Shown piece after piece: positions 9,579-18,493 of a DNA stretch of 64,000 nt. The stretch spans positions 34,692-98,691 of the forward strand of contig DAXK01000025.1 of NCBI GenBank assembly GCA_002506365.1. Direction: 5' to 3'. How positions within the stretch are numbered: position 1 is the first letter of the stretch; each line of letters begins with the position of its first letter. The stretch is from an archaeon UBA583 (lineage in GTDB: Archaea; Nanobdellota; Nanobdellia; Woesearchaeales; UBA583). The notes beneath the pieces are model-generated. The model was not told the origin of the DNA. It did no database searches and saw nothing but the letters and a program-made list of their open reading frames with translations. The translations under genes were made by a program, and so were the position numbers.

Positions 9579-10622
9579 TTAAGCTAATCCTTCATAATAC
9601 CCTTGTAAATCCAAATCATAATTATTTTGTGCATACTTTGGACCATTATACTTTTTAGCAATTTGTTGATAATTTTTATTTTTCATATCATTAATAATTC
9701 CATTTTCTTCCAAAAACTTAAAAAAATAATTAATCATAGCATTTGAATCTTTAACTTTAGATAACAATAAATCAGCATCATCACTATTTTCATATCTAAC
9801 AATATTAGACCCTAACATTTGTGAAAAACCAAAACTTGAACTCTTAAAAGCAACAATATCATTAGCATCAAAAGCTTCTACAAAAGCATCATAATTTGTT
9901 TCCTTAGAAACTCTACTAAATGATTCTCCATTTTTTAAAGTGCAATCCACATCATCAAAACCTCTATTTTCTTCATTAAATTTATGACATTCAAATCTAA
10001 CTGATTTTTCAAAAGTTCTCCTATATCCATCCTCTTTAATAATTATGGCATAAATTAAATTCACATCAACATTATTTTTACTAGCATAAGTTTCAAATTG
10101 ATTTTTATTCAAATCATAAAAAATACTAGATTTAAACTTTTCAATTTTAGTAAGCATACTCCCCGTTAACTCAACAACATTAGTTTCAGAATTTAAAACA
10201 GCTCCATCTGAAATTGAATCAAAATCCCAAATATTATCATTATCAACCCCACTTAAAGCTTTTTCAATTTGAGTAAATAAAACACCACAATTTAATTTTT
10301 CATAATCCTTATGATTTTTATCATTACATTTAGTATAATACGAATTTAAAGAATTCCAAGTTGCAGTTTCCTGTTCATTACAACTCTCCAAAGTATCATC
10401 ATTACAAACTTTAACATTACAATTTGACTTTGAAATTTCACATTTTTCAATAATACTCTTTAACTTAAAATCAGAAATACCACCCTCCGCAGTATCAGAA
10501 ACTTCTGAAAACTGAGAAATAACTAACAAAACAACAATTAAAAGTAAAAAAAAACCAACTAACTTTGAAATAGATAACTCTACTCCTTTTTTATTAAAAG
10601 AAAAAATATTTTGAATAGACAT
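9579..10622 (-). CDS. Class III signal peptide (pilin-like) protein with C-terminal N-acetylmuramidase (DUF3380/muraidase) domain
   Basis: NKKG|VELSISKLVGFFLLLIVVLLVI; C-terminal AIIIKEDG, RFECHKF, SSSFGFSQMLGSN, IAKKYNGPKYAQNNYD. Confidence 0.85.
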   Translation of the reverse strand: MSIQNIFSFNKKGVELSISKLVGFFLLLIVVLLVISQFSEVSDTAEGGISDFKLKSIIEKCEISKSNCNVKVCNDDTLESCNEQETATWNSLNSYYTKCNDKNHKDYEKLNCGVLFTQIEKALSGVDNDNIWDFDSISDGAVLNSETNVVELTGSMLTKIEKFKSSIFYDLNKNQFETYASKNNVDVNLIYAIIIKEDGYRRTFEKSVRFECHKFNEENRGFDDVDCTLKNGESFSRVSKETNYDAFVEAFDANDIVAFKSSSFGFSQMLGSNIVRYENSDDADLLLSKVKDSNAMINYFFKFLEENGIINDMKNKNYQQIAKKYNGPKYAQNNYDLDLQGYYEGLA

Positions 10623-10627
10623 TTTAT

Positions 10628-12106
10628 CTATCCCTTAATAACTGGAAAACTTTGGTAATACTTTCTAGTTTTACCATTATTTTTCACTTCAATCTCTAAA
10701 TCTGGTAATCTTACATCACCTAAAATACCTCTTTTATTAACTAAATTAAAACCTAATAATCTTGTATCTCCTCTTTCAAATCTAGTAAAATCCCAAACTA
10801 ATTTATACTGAGTATCACCCTTTAAAACATGTTTAGGTTCAGTTAAAGAAAAAGATTCATCCTTTACTTGTAAATAAGCAGGCATTCTGAAAATAATTTT
10901 TAATTTATCAATTTCATGTTCCTTAATATTCTCAAAACCAATTCTAACCTTAAACCCTTTAATTCCCTCATGAGATACTCTCTCAACTTCAAATAACTGA
11001 TTTTTAACAGCTAAAGGATTTGAATTCTTTCTAACATAAATATAACTTAAAATAATTCCAATTACAACAACTACAATAAATAAAGCTAAATAATTAAAAG
11101 AATAAGTAAAAGTTTTAGTTTGCCCTTTTTCTAAATTAACTTCAAAACCTACTCCATTTTCAGTTGAGAAATATTTTTCAGCATCAGTCCCAAATAATAA
11201 ACTTCTAAAAAATCCAAACTCTAATTCATCTTTATACGTATCAACCTCATTTCCTAAATTAGTAACTGAAATTTCAACTCTATCAGAAAATAAACCAGTC
11301 CCCCTATTTGATTTAACATCAATATTTTTATAAGAAGCAACTTTTAAATCAGAAACTGAATACCACTCTTGAGCAGATTCCCCTCCATCTTTTAAAACTC
11401 TAACAGTAACTTTAGCAAGATAATCACCTGGATTTAAAGAAGATGGAACATCTAACTGATAAATTTTATAACTAACATCTGATGTGAAAACATCTTCAAA
11501 AGTATCAAATTTATAATCTCCTAAACTAACAGAAACTTCTACATTTTGATCCTTAACAACAGCCTCAGAATTTACTGTAAACTTTAAAGCATTAACTGGA
11601 GACACATCAGTTTTTTGAATTTTAGTTGAAAACTTTAAATTATCCTTAGTTGGTTTAATATTAATACTATAAGTTAAAGAAACATCATCAGCTCCAATAA
11701 TTGTTACAGGAAACTCAAAAAAACCTGAATAATCTTCATTATTTTGAGAAATTTTAATTAAATTTGGACTAACTACATTTGGCGTATAATCAAAAGCTGA
11801 ATTTGCTTTTAATTCTAACTTTAAACTAACTTTTTCCCCTGCATTTAACTTAACATTTTTTTCACTTAAAGAAATATCCCATCCACTAATAGATGCAACA
11901 TTAAAATCAATATTTTGAACTTCATTTAAATTATTTTTAACTGTAAAAAAAAACTCACTCTCAATATGATTATTATAAACCTCGGAACTTAAAGTATTTA
12001 CCTCAACCTCAAATGCTCCATTTTCATTATAAACGTTATTTCCAAAAATAGAAACAAAAGAAAATAGAAATAAAAAAATAAAATTTAAACTTTTAAAATG
12101 TGTCAT
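10628..12106 (-). CDS. Membrane-anchored protein with extracellular Ig-like domains and a cytoplasmic beta domain
   Basis: Likely start MTHFKSLNFIFLFLFSFVSIFG (signal peptide) overlapping the tfb stop; single TM YLALFIVVVVIGIILSYIYV. Confidence 0.75.
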   Translation of the reverse strand: MTHFKSLNFIFLFLFSFVSIFGNNVYNENGAFEVEVNTLSSEVYNNHIESEFFFTVKNNLNEVQNIDFNVASISGWDISLSEKNVKLNAGEKVSLKLELKANSAFDYTPNVVSPNLIKISQNNEDYSGFFEFPVTIIGADDVSLTYSINIKPTKDNLKFSTKIQKTDVSPVNALKFTVNSEAVVKDQNVEVSVSLGDYKFDTFEDVFTSDVSYKIYQLDVPSSLNPGDYLAKVTVRVLKDGGESAQEWYSVSDLKVASYKNIDVKSNRGTGLFSDRVEISVTNLGNEVDTYKDELEFGFFRSLLFGTDAEKYFSTENGVGFEVNLEKGQTKTFTYSFNYLALFIVVVVIGIILSYIYVRKNSNPLAVKNQLFEVERVSHEGIKGFKVRIGFENIKEHEIDKLKIIFRMPAYLQVKDESFSLTEPKHVLKGDTQYKLVWDFTRFERGDTRLLGFNLVNKRGILGDVRLPDLEIEVKNNGKTRKYYQSFPVIKG

Positions 12107-13055
12107 CTTTTCCATCATCCTCTTTAGATTTAGATTTAGCCTTGATTTTTTTAATTTCATCCTCAAGATCTAACTTTTGAATAATTTCCTTATATCTATT
12201 TCTAATTGTAACCTCAGTCACACCAGAAACATCTGAAATATCTCTTTGAGTTCTTCTCTCACCCTCTAATAAACCTGCAATATATAATGCTGCTGCAGCA
12301 ATTCCAATTGGACCTCTACCAGAAGTTAACTCTAAAGATAATGCTTGTGATAAAATTTCAACTGCTCTTGACTGTGTTTCAGGTCCATATTTTAAAACAC
12401 TTGCAAATCTTGAAATATAATCAACTGGATTTGATGGTAAAATTTTAATTCTTAATTCTCTTGTAATATATCTATAAGATCTTCCAATTTCCTTTTTATC
12501 AATTCCTGAAGCTTCAGCAATCTCATCTAAAGTTCTAGGAATATTTTGTCTTCTACAAGCAGCATACACAACTCCTGCAACAACACTCTCAATTGATCTT
12601 CCACGAACTAAATTCTTTTGAACAGCTTCAGTATAAATCTTTCCAGCCTCTTCTTCAATTGATGTTGGTAAATTCAAAAATGAAGATAAACGACGAAGTT
12701 CTCCTAAAGCAATCTTTAGGTTCTTCTCCATAACTGTAGACAATCTTTTTTGCCATCTCTTTAATCTTTGAAGTTTATATCTTTGTTTCTTATCTAAAGA
12801 AAAAGCATCACTCTCAGACCCAATAGAAGTTCCCATACCCATATCATACTTTGTATATGATGTTGGAGCACCAGATCTTCTCATCTCAGAATCATCTCCC
12901 TCTTCAAAGTCTCTCCATTCCTTTCCTAAAGAAATATTTTTTGCATCAATTAATAAACCACAACTTCTACAAATCATTTCCCCTCTATCTTTATCATTAT
13001 AAAGATTAGTTCCACCACACTCTGGGCATTTTTTTAAATTATCTGATCCTACCAT
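12093..13055 (-). CDS. tfb: Transcription initiation factor IIB
   Basis: Zn ribbon CPECG...CRSCG, EWRDF B-reader, LVRGRSIE, PRTLDEIA, GRGPIG, TEVTIRNRYKE. Confidence 0.97.
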   Translation of the reverse strand: MVGSDNLKKCPECGGTNLYNDKDRGEMICRSCGLLIDAKNISLGKEWRDFEEGDDSEMRRSGAPTSYTKYDMGMGTSIGSESDAFSLDKKQRYKLQRLKRWQKRLSTVMEKNLKIALGELRRLSSFLNLPTSIEEEAGKIYTEAVQKNLVRGRSIESVVAGVVYAACRRQNIPRTLDEIAEASGIDKKEIGRSYRYITRELRIKILPSNPVDYISRFASVLKYGPETQSRAVEILSQALSLELTSGRGPIGIAAAALYIAGLLEGERRTQRDISDVSGVTEVTIRNRYKEIIQKLDLEDEIKKIKAKSKSKEDDGKDDTF

Positions 13056-13235
13056 TATCAATAAATTAACTTTAATTCACACAATATGAATAAAAAAGTT
13101 TTTAAATATACTTATTTTTCAAATTCATACAATAAAAAGATTTATTACCCTTCAATAGTGCTAAATAAAATAAAAATAAGTATTAAATTTCTCAAACTCG
13201 AATTTTTAGAATAAAATTTTAAAAATAAAAGAGAA

Positions 13236-13436
13236 TTATTCTCTCCCAATTAATAAATCTCCACCATTAATAGTTTTTCGACCACTATGTGTAGATATTT
13301 TTGAAGCCTTTAAAGATAATTCATATAAATAATGTTCTAAAATTTTCTTTAATTCTTCCTTAGCATCCTCAGAAACTCTTTCAGCACCCTTGTCCTTCAT
13401 TAATCTTTCAAGAGCTAATAATGGTAATTTTGCCAT
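13236..13436 (-). CDS. Archaeal histone (divergent C-terminus)
   Basis: LPLLALERLMK..GAERVSEDAK...HSGRKTI..D histone fold. Confidence 0.92.
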   Translation of the reverse strand: MAKLPLLALERLMKDKGAERVSEDAKEELKKILEHYLYELSLKASKISTHSGRKTINGGDLLIGRE

Positions 13437-13667
13437 TTATAAATCCCCCTTTACTTGATTAAATGCAAGTGTTACATCTTTAGACTTTACTGTCTTTCTT
13501 CCTGAATGCTCTGCTAATAAAACCGCTTTTTTAATAATTTTTTCAGTTACATCTTCTAAAATTGTTGCAGCAGTTTGCTTAGCATCTTTAGAAACTCTCT
13601 TACCCGTTGCTTCTTGAATTAAAGCTCCTAACGGTGCAAATGGTAAAATATTTTCTCTCTTGACCAT
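13437..13667 (-). CDS. Archaeal histone
   Basis: LPFAPLGALIQ...KRVSKDAK...AEHSGRKTVKSKDV; start moved to ATG 13667, which has a TATA-like TTTTTAAA ~25 nt upstream. Confidence 0.92.
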   Translation of the reverse strand: MVKRENILPFAPLGALIQEATGKRVSKDAKQTAATILEDVTEKIIKKAVLLAEHSGRKTVKSKDVTLAFNQVKGDL

Positions 13668-13877
13668 AATAATATATTCATAAGACATTCTTTAAAAACA
13701 TTTGTTACTTTTGTTTAAAATTATAATTAAGAACAATAATTAAACTGAAATCCAAAAATTAATATGATTAAAATCATATAATACTAAAATAAATCTAAAA
13801 ATAATAATTAAAAAAATATATAAAGACAAGATAAATATTTATATTATTGAAAAGCAATTTTCAAAAATTACTATATT

Positions 13878-13951
13878 GGGAACGTAGTATAACCTGGCTA
13901 GAATAAGCGGCTCCAACCCGCTGGATGGGGGTTCAAATCCTTCCGTTCTCA
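13878..13951 (+). tRNA. tRNA-Trp (CCA), no intron
   Basis: Acceptor GGGAACG/CGTTCTC, anticodon arm AGCGG-CTCCAAC-CCGCT, T loop TTCAAAT; 3' CCA not encoded. Confidence 0.95.
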
Positions 13952-14080
13952 CTTTTCTAAAAAAATACATTAAGATTTTCGAGTTTGAAATTTATCTAGA
14001 TTGTAAAAATCAAGTTTTCTCAATTAAAAATAATTCTAAATAAAACAAAAAAATATAAATAATTTTATTATAATAATTAT

Positions 14081-14599
14081 ATGAAATACTCAAACAAAGA
14101 ATTCCACTGTGAAAAATTTGAAAATATAAATCTTGAACTAGAAAATTTTGACAATACAACTTTAGAAAACTGCGAATTTAAAAACTGTGTAATCAATTCC
14201 ATATCAATAAAAAATACTAAATTTCTAAATGTTAAATTTTATAATTGTAAAATAATCGGATTAAAAATTGAAGATTCAAATAACTTATTTCTAGATTTTA
14301 AATTTGAAAATTCAAAAATTGAAGGTTGTGATTTTTCAAACTTAAACATTCAAAATACAAAATTTATTAATTGTAATATAATTAGTTCAAATTTTCAAAA
14401 AACAAATCTTACAAATTCAAGTTTTGAATACTCAAACCTACAAGATTCAATATTTGCAAACACAAATCTTACAAATGTAAATTTTAAAGAATCATTTAAT
14501 TATAATATAAATCCAACTGAAAATAAAATAAAAAATGCTAAATTTTCTCAACCAGAAGTAATAAACTTACTAAAATATTTTAAAATAAAAATAGAATAA
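14081..14599 (+). CDS. Pentapeptide repeat protein
   Basis: Regular (C/T/S)xFxx / xNLxx pentapeptides throughout. Confidence 0.92.
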   Translation: MKYSNKEFHCEKFENINLELENFDNTTLENCEFKNCVINSISIKNTKFLNVKFYNCKIIGLKIEDSNNLFLDFKFENSKIEGCDFSNLNIQNTKFINCNIISSNFQKTNLTNSSFEYSNLQDSIFANTNLTNVNFKESFNYNINPTENKIKNAKFSQPEVINLLKYFKIKIE

Positions 14600-14606
14600 T
14601 ATTAAT

Positions 14607-15365
14607 TTAATTCCTCATATTTTTACAAAAATTTAATAATTCTTCATACTCTATAACATAATCAAAATAAACAATATCATTTTTATACCTACTATAAACT
14701 AATTTCACAAGTTCTGATGTATAAAATGACCTATAATCAGGTTTATCAGTTTTATTTAAATGTGGTAAATAATTTAACTCATATTTTTTTCTAATACACT
14801 CGAAATTTTTTTCTAAATCCTCAAATTTTAAAACATCATCAACTATAAGTTTTCCATTCTCAAAAAGTAAATAATCCTGTGAAACAAAATGAAAATCTGA
14901 CATAAAATTTGGAACTTTACAAACAATTTTCACAAATTTTTCAAAAGATAAATTTCTATTTATAATACCAAAATATTTTTTATTCATATTATGATTTTCA
15001 TTTAGAACCTTACTAACATAACATGATACTAATCTCTCAAAAGGATTTCTAACAAAAGTAAATTTATAACAATCCAAATTTACTAATTTTTTATGATTTA
15101 TTTTAAATCTATTTTTACTCAAATGAACAGATTGATAATTTTTTTTATCATAAATTACACCCAACTTATCCAAAAATACACTATTTAATGAAGAATTACC
15201 TGTTTTAGGAATTGAAACAAAAGCAACATTAAGAGAATTATAATATAAAATATCATTTAATTTATTATTAAAAATTAGTCTTAATATAGACTCTAATAAA
15301 AAATAATTTGAATAAATAAATAGATTATTTTTACAAATAAAATAAAATTTTTTAAATATTATCAT
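14607..15365 (-). CDS. Sulfotransferase family 2 protein
   Basis: 5'-PSB motif SIPKTGNSS, 3'-PB motif FVRNPFERLVSCY, HFVSQ, YKNDIVYFDY. Confidence 0.88.
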   Translation of the reverse strand: MIIFKKFYFICKNNLFIYSNYFLLESILRLIFNNKLNDILYYNSLNVAFVSIPKTGNSSLNSVFLDKLGVIYDKKNYQSVHLSKNRFKINHKKLVNLDCYKFTFVRNPFERLVSCYVSKVLNENHNMNKKYFGIINRNLSFEKFVKIVCKVPNFMSDFHFVSQDYLLFENGKLIVDDVLKFEDLEKNFECIRKKYELNYLPHLNKTDKPDYRSFYTSELVKLVYSRYKNDIVYFDYVIEYEELLNFCKNMRN

Positions 15366-15408
15366 AAAATAAATAAATAAATAAATTTAACAAAATAATT
15401 AATTAAAA

Positions 15409-16029
15409 TTAATCATCTGAAATTGTATCACCATCAAAAACTGCATCCTCTTCATCCTCAGTTTTCTCCATAACTTTTTTCCTAAAATTTGGATTTTTCA
15501 TATTTCTCTCATAATCCACCTTCTTTTTAGCAGCTAGAATTTCACGAATATAAATTCTCCCAACATCTTCTTCCTTAATCTCTAACTTATCAATATACTC
15601 TTGAACTTTTTCATAAGAATCAGACTCAATTTCAAGCATAGGTTCTAAACCTACATACTCATCTAAATCAAAAACAATATCATCCAATCTATACTCAGTT
15701 CTATACTTTCTTAAATCAAAAATTTTAATATAACCTAAATCATTCAAAATTCTATGCATTGTTTTAAAATTTGAAATTTTAACACCAATTTCATCTCTCC
15801 CCACAATACTTTGAACTGACTTTTTCTTCCCCTTTAGATTTAAATAAATATATTTACCCTTTTGACGAATCCTTAAGGCTTTTCCTTGTCTTGATAAATC
15901 TCTATCAGGTGTATCAAATCTATAATCTATAACCTTCCCAGTAAAAATCTTCTTAGCCCCTAACGCTTCAATTTTCGCAATAATTTCTTCCTTATTAATA
16001 TGTCTAATTTTAACTTCGATTTCTTTCAT
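15409..16029 (-). CDS. CYTH-domain protein (CyaB/class IV adenylyl cyclase-like triphosphate tunnel enzyme)
   Basis: EIEVK N-terminal motif, ALRIR, KYRTEY, LEIE. Confidence 0.9.
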   Translation of the reverse strand: MKEIEVKIRHINKEEIIAKIEALGAKKIFTGKVIDYRFDTPDRDLSRQGKALRIRQKGKYIYLNLKGKKKSVQSIVGRDEIGVKISNFKTMHRILNDLGYIKIFDLRKYRTEYRLDDIVFDLDEYVGLEPMLEIESDSYEKVQEYIDKLEIKEEDVGRIYIREILAAKKKVDYERNMKNPNFRKKVMEKTEDEEDAVFDGDTISDD

Positions 16030-16044
16030 TTTTAATCCCCTATT

Positions 16045-16166
16045 AAAAATGACACCATTTCACATTGTGAAATCTGTGTCTAAAATTTCTTCACACCTTT
16101 TCAAATCTTTGATTTGATAATGGCTTAGGAATCTATGATTCCTTGATTGTGAAGACATTCATTTTT
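16045..16166. repeat. Multi-hairpin intergenic element containing one copy of the dispersed hairpin repeat
   Basis: Hairpins GACAC-ATTTCACA/TGTGAAAT-GTGTC, TCAAATC/GATTTGA and AGGAATC/GATTCCT; the last two are enclosed by TCTTCACA/TGTGAAGA. Confidence 0.7.
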
Positions 16167-16246
16167 TAATTTTATAATTTTAAAACTCCTCAAACAAATG
16201 TTGGGAATTTTCCTCAATAATTTTTTAATTTAAACTAATACTAACT

Positions 16247-17191
16247 CTAATCTCGTAATCTTGTAAGAATCGTTTTACTATCATCCTTAAACAAAACACA
16301 ATCCTCAAACTGAGCAACAATTTCTCCATCAATTGTTCCAAGTTCATCATACTCATATAATACATTATACTTTTTCAAAACAGAAACCGCATAATCAACT
16401 CTTCTCTTTGAAAAACCCTTAAACCAAGGATGTCCATTTAAATTATCCTTTAAAGCTTCATCCCATAACCACCGTTTAGAAAATGGTTGTTTAGGAAAAT
16501 GTTCTCTAATATGTCTTAATACTTTCATAGCAATAGGATCTCTAACTGGTTTATCTCCCTTTAAATGTAAAATATTAGATAATCTACATGCCTTAATTAA
16601 AGGTTGACCATAAGTAATAAAAGGTTCAATTGCTAATTGCATTTCACCCTCAACCTTTGAAGTATCCCCATTATTTAAATTTGGAACAGATAATCCACAA
16701 TGTAAATTATATCTCCCAATTTGATGACCTGACAAATTATGAATTGTATTAAATCCATTTTTCTCCGCAACTTTTTCAACAACATCCCCTACTTGAGCCA
16801 TAGACACACCATAATCAACAACTTCAACTGCAGCCTCTAAACAAGCTCTCGCAGTCTCAATTAATTCAGTATGATTATTTGTTGTAATCTCAACTGTAAA
16901 TGCATTATCAGTCATATATCCATCTTTTGATGCACCAAAATCTACTTTAATAACATCTCCAGACTTTAATTTATATCCTTCATCATAAACAGTATAATGG
17001 GCTGCCATATCATTAACTGATACCATTGCTGGAAAAGACGGTAAATACCCATTTTCAAAAATTCTACTTTCAATAAAATCAATAATCTCAAAAATATCAA
17101 CACCTTCTTTGATAATTAATGAAACATCTTTTCTTAATTGTCTAGTAAAACTTCCAAGTTCTTTCAAAATTTCTAAATTTAACTCACTCAT
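16247..17191 (-). CDS. map: Methionine aminopeptidase, type II (archaeal)
   Basis: SVNDMAAHYT, KVDFG, DGYMTDNAFT, NLSGHQI, AIEPF, AQFE. Confidence 0.95.
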   Translation of the reverse strand: MSELNLEILKELGSFTRQLRKDVSLIIKEGVDIFEIIDFIESRIFENGYLPSFPAMVSVNDMAAHYTVYDEGYKLKSGDVIKVDFGASKDGYMTDNAFTVEITTNNHTELIETARACLEAAVEVVDYGVSMAQVGDVVEKVAEKNGFNTIHNLSGHQIGRYNLHCGLSVPNLNNGDTSKVEGEMQLAIEPFITYGQPLIKACRLSNILHLKGDKPVRDPIAMKVLRHIREHFPKQPFSKRWLWDEALKDNLNGHPWFKGFSKRRVDYAVSVLKKYNVLYEYDELGTIDGEIVAQFEDCVLFKDDSKTILTRLRD

Positions 17192-17221
17192 TAACAAAAT
17201 AAATATTTCATTTTATATAAA

Positions 17222-17310
17222 ACTTTGTCAAATCTCTGATTTGACGAAGGGTTAGAAAATGTAATTTTATTCACTTTGTCAAATTTTTTATTTAACAACC
17301 GCTTAAAAAT
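17222..17310. repeat. Dispersed hairpin repeat, two tandem units (51 bp period)
   Basis: ACTTTGTCAAATCTCTGATTTGACGAAGGGTTAGA at 17222 and degenerate ACTTTGTCAAATTTTTTATTTAACAACCGCTTAAA at 17273. Confidence 0.8.
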
Positions 17311-17312
17311 TT

Positions 17313-18440
17313 TCAATTCTTTATATCTTCCTTTTTAATTTCAAATCTTGACCCTAAATAAATCTTATTTACTTTACCTACTCTAATTCTCTTTAGAATC
17401 TTCTTATTATCCAATTTAGATATAATCTTACTCAAATTTGATTTTGTAAGTTTTGGTAAAAAATTTAAAATATCATACTGTGAAATCCCATCATTTTCCT
17501 TAACACAAGATACAACTAACTTCTCATTATCAGTTAAAAATCTCGCCATAACTTCTCGATACTCCTCTTCATTAAACCCAGGTTTTTCAGGCTCAATAGA
17601 CAAATCATCTTTTGTTAAAATTTCAATATCTTCCTCAGACACTTTATCTTGAACATCATCATAAGACACATCATCTGAACTACTTTTATCTTCTTTAACT
17701 CCTTCAGCAATAATTTTCTTTTTAACATCAGCTTTCACCCCTTTTTTAGCCTTAAAAGTTCGATTCAAACTTATGTTAACATTAAATAATCTAAACTTAC
17801 TTGAAAAAATAAACATTAAAACTAAAATTACTAAAGTAGATAACAAAACAACTCCAGATACAATAATTATTAAATTATCAGTCCAAAATTTATTATTTTT
17901 AATATCATCAATTGAATTTAAATTTGAAAACTCTAAACGAAATAATTCCTCTCTATCAATATTAGATAATTCCCAATTAAAACTACCATCATCTAAAACT
18001 CTATAATCTCTTGGAAAAAAAGTTTCAATATTCCCAATATTCTCAACTAATTCAACATTCATAATTAATTTATCAACTACAAAATTAAAATTTGAATATA
18101 ACTCAAAAGCATTTTTTTCATAAATATTTTGAGTAATTGTCTCTGAAACAAATCTTATCTTAAAAGAACTATTTCTCACAGTATGTGGATTTACAATAAT
18201 GTAATCTCCAGCAATTGAATATTTAATTTTATCTCCATAATTTGAAATTAATGACTCAACTTTCGCATCACTAGGTTTTTCAAAAGAAAAACTTCTATAA
18301 GACTCAGTTTCATCAAAAATAAATTCATAATCAAACACAGAATAAGTAGAATAAATATCTACATTCACATTAACATTGGCAGCATTTAACCCTGCAAATG
18401 TTAAAAAAAAAATTAAAAAACTAAATAATTGCTTAAGCAT
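17313..18440 (-). CDS. Membrane-anchored protein with extracellular domain and C-terminal winged-helix domain (COG2512-like)
   Basis: Signal peptide, one TM, acidic linker, then LTDNEKLVV...GISQYDI...TKSNLSKIISKL...RIRVGKVNKIYL. Confidence 0.8.
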   Translation of the reverse strand: MLKQLFSFLIFFLTFAGLNAANVNVNVDIYSTYSVFDYEFIFDETESYRSFSFEKPSDAKVESLISNYGDKIKYSIAGDYIIVNPHTVRNSSFKIRFVSETITQNIYEKNAFELYSNFNFVVDKLIMNVELVENIGNIETFFPRDYRVLDDGSFNWELSNIDREELFRLEFSNLNSIDDIKNNKFWTDNLIIIVSGVVLLSTLVILVLMFIFSSKFRLFNVNISLNRTFKAKKGVKADVKKKIIAEGVKEDKSSSDDVSYDDVQDKVSEEDIEILTKDDLSIEPEKPGFNEEEYREVMARFLTDNEKLVVSCVKENDGISQYDILNFLPKLTKSNLSKIISKLDNKKILKRIRVGKVNKIYLGSRFEIKKEDIKN

Positions 18441-18493
18441 CTAACTATAATGGGTTAAACAATATTTATAAACTTTATTAAACAAGTTAACCT

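Noticed and set aside
9579..10622. Prophage or provirus around the muramidase
   Set aside because: No capsid, terminase, holin or integrase genes; flanked by tfb and trm5.
13437..13439. Stop-codon reassignment suggested by in-frame TAA at the histone junction and at 62906
   Set aside because: Conserved genes end at TAA, TAG and TGA at expected lengths, so the standard code fits.
13878..13951. Intron-less tRNA-Trp and encoded G-1 of tRNA-His as novelties
   Set aside because: Both states are known among archaea; no split or permuted tRNA is seen.
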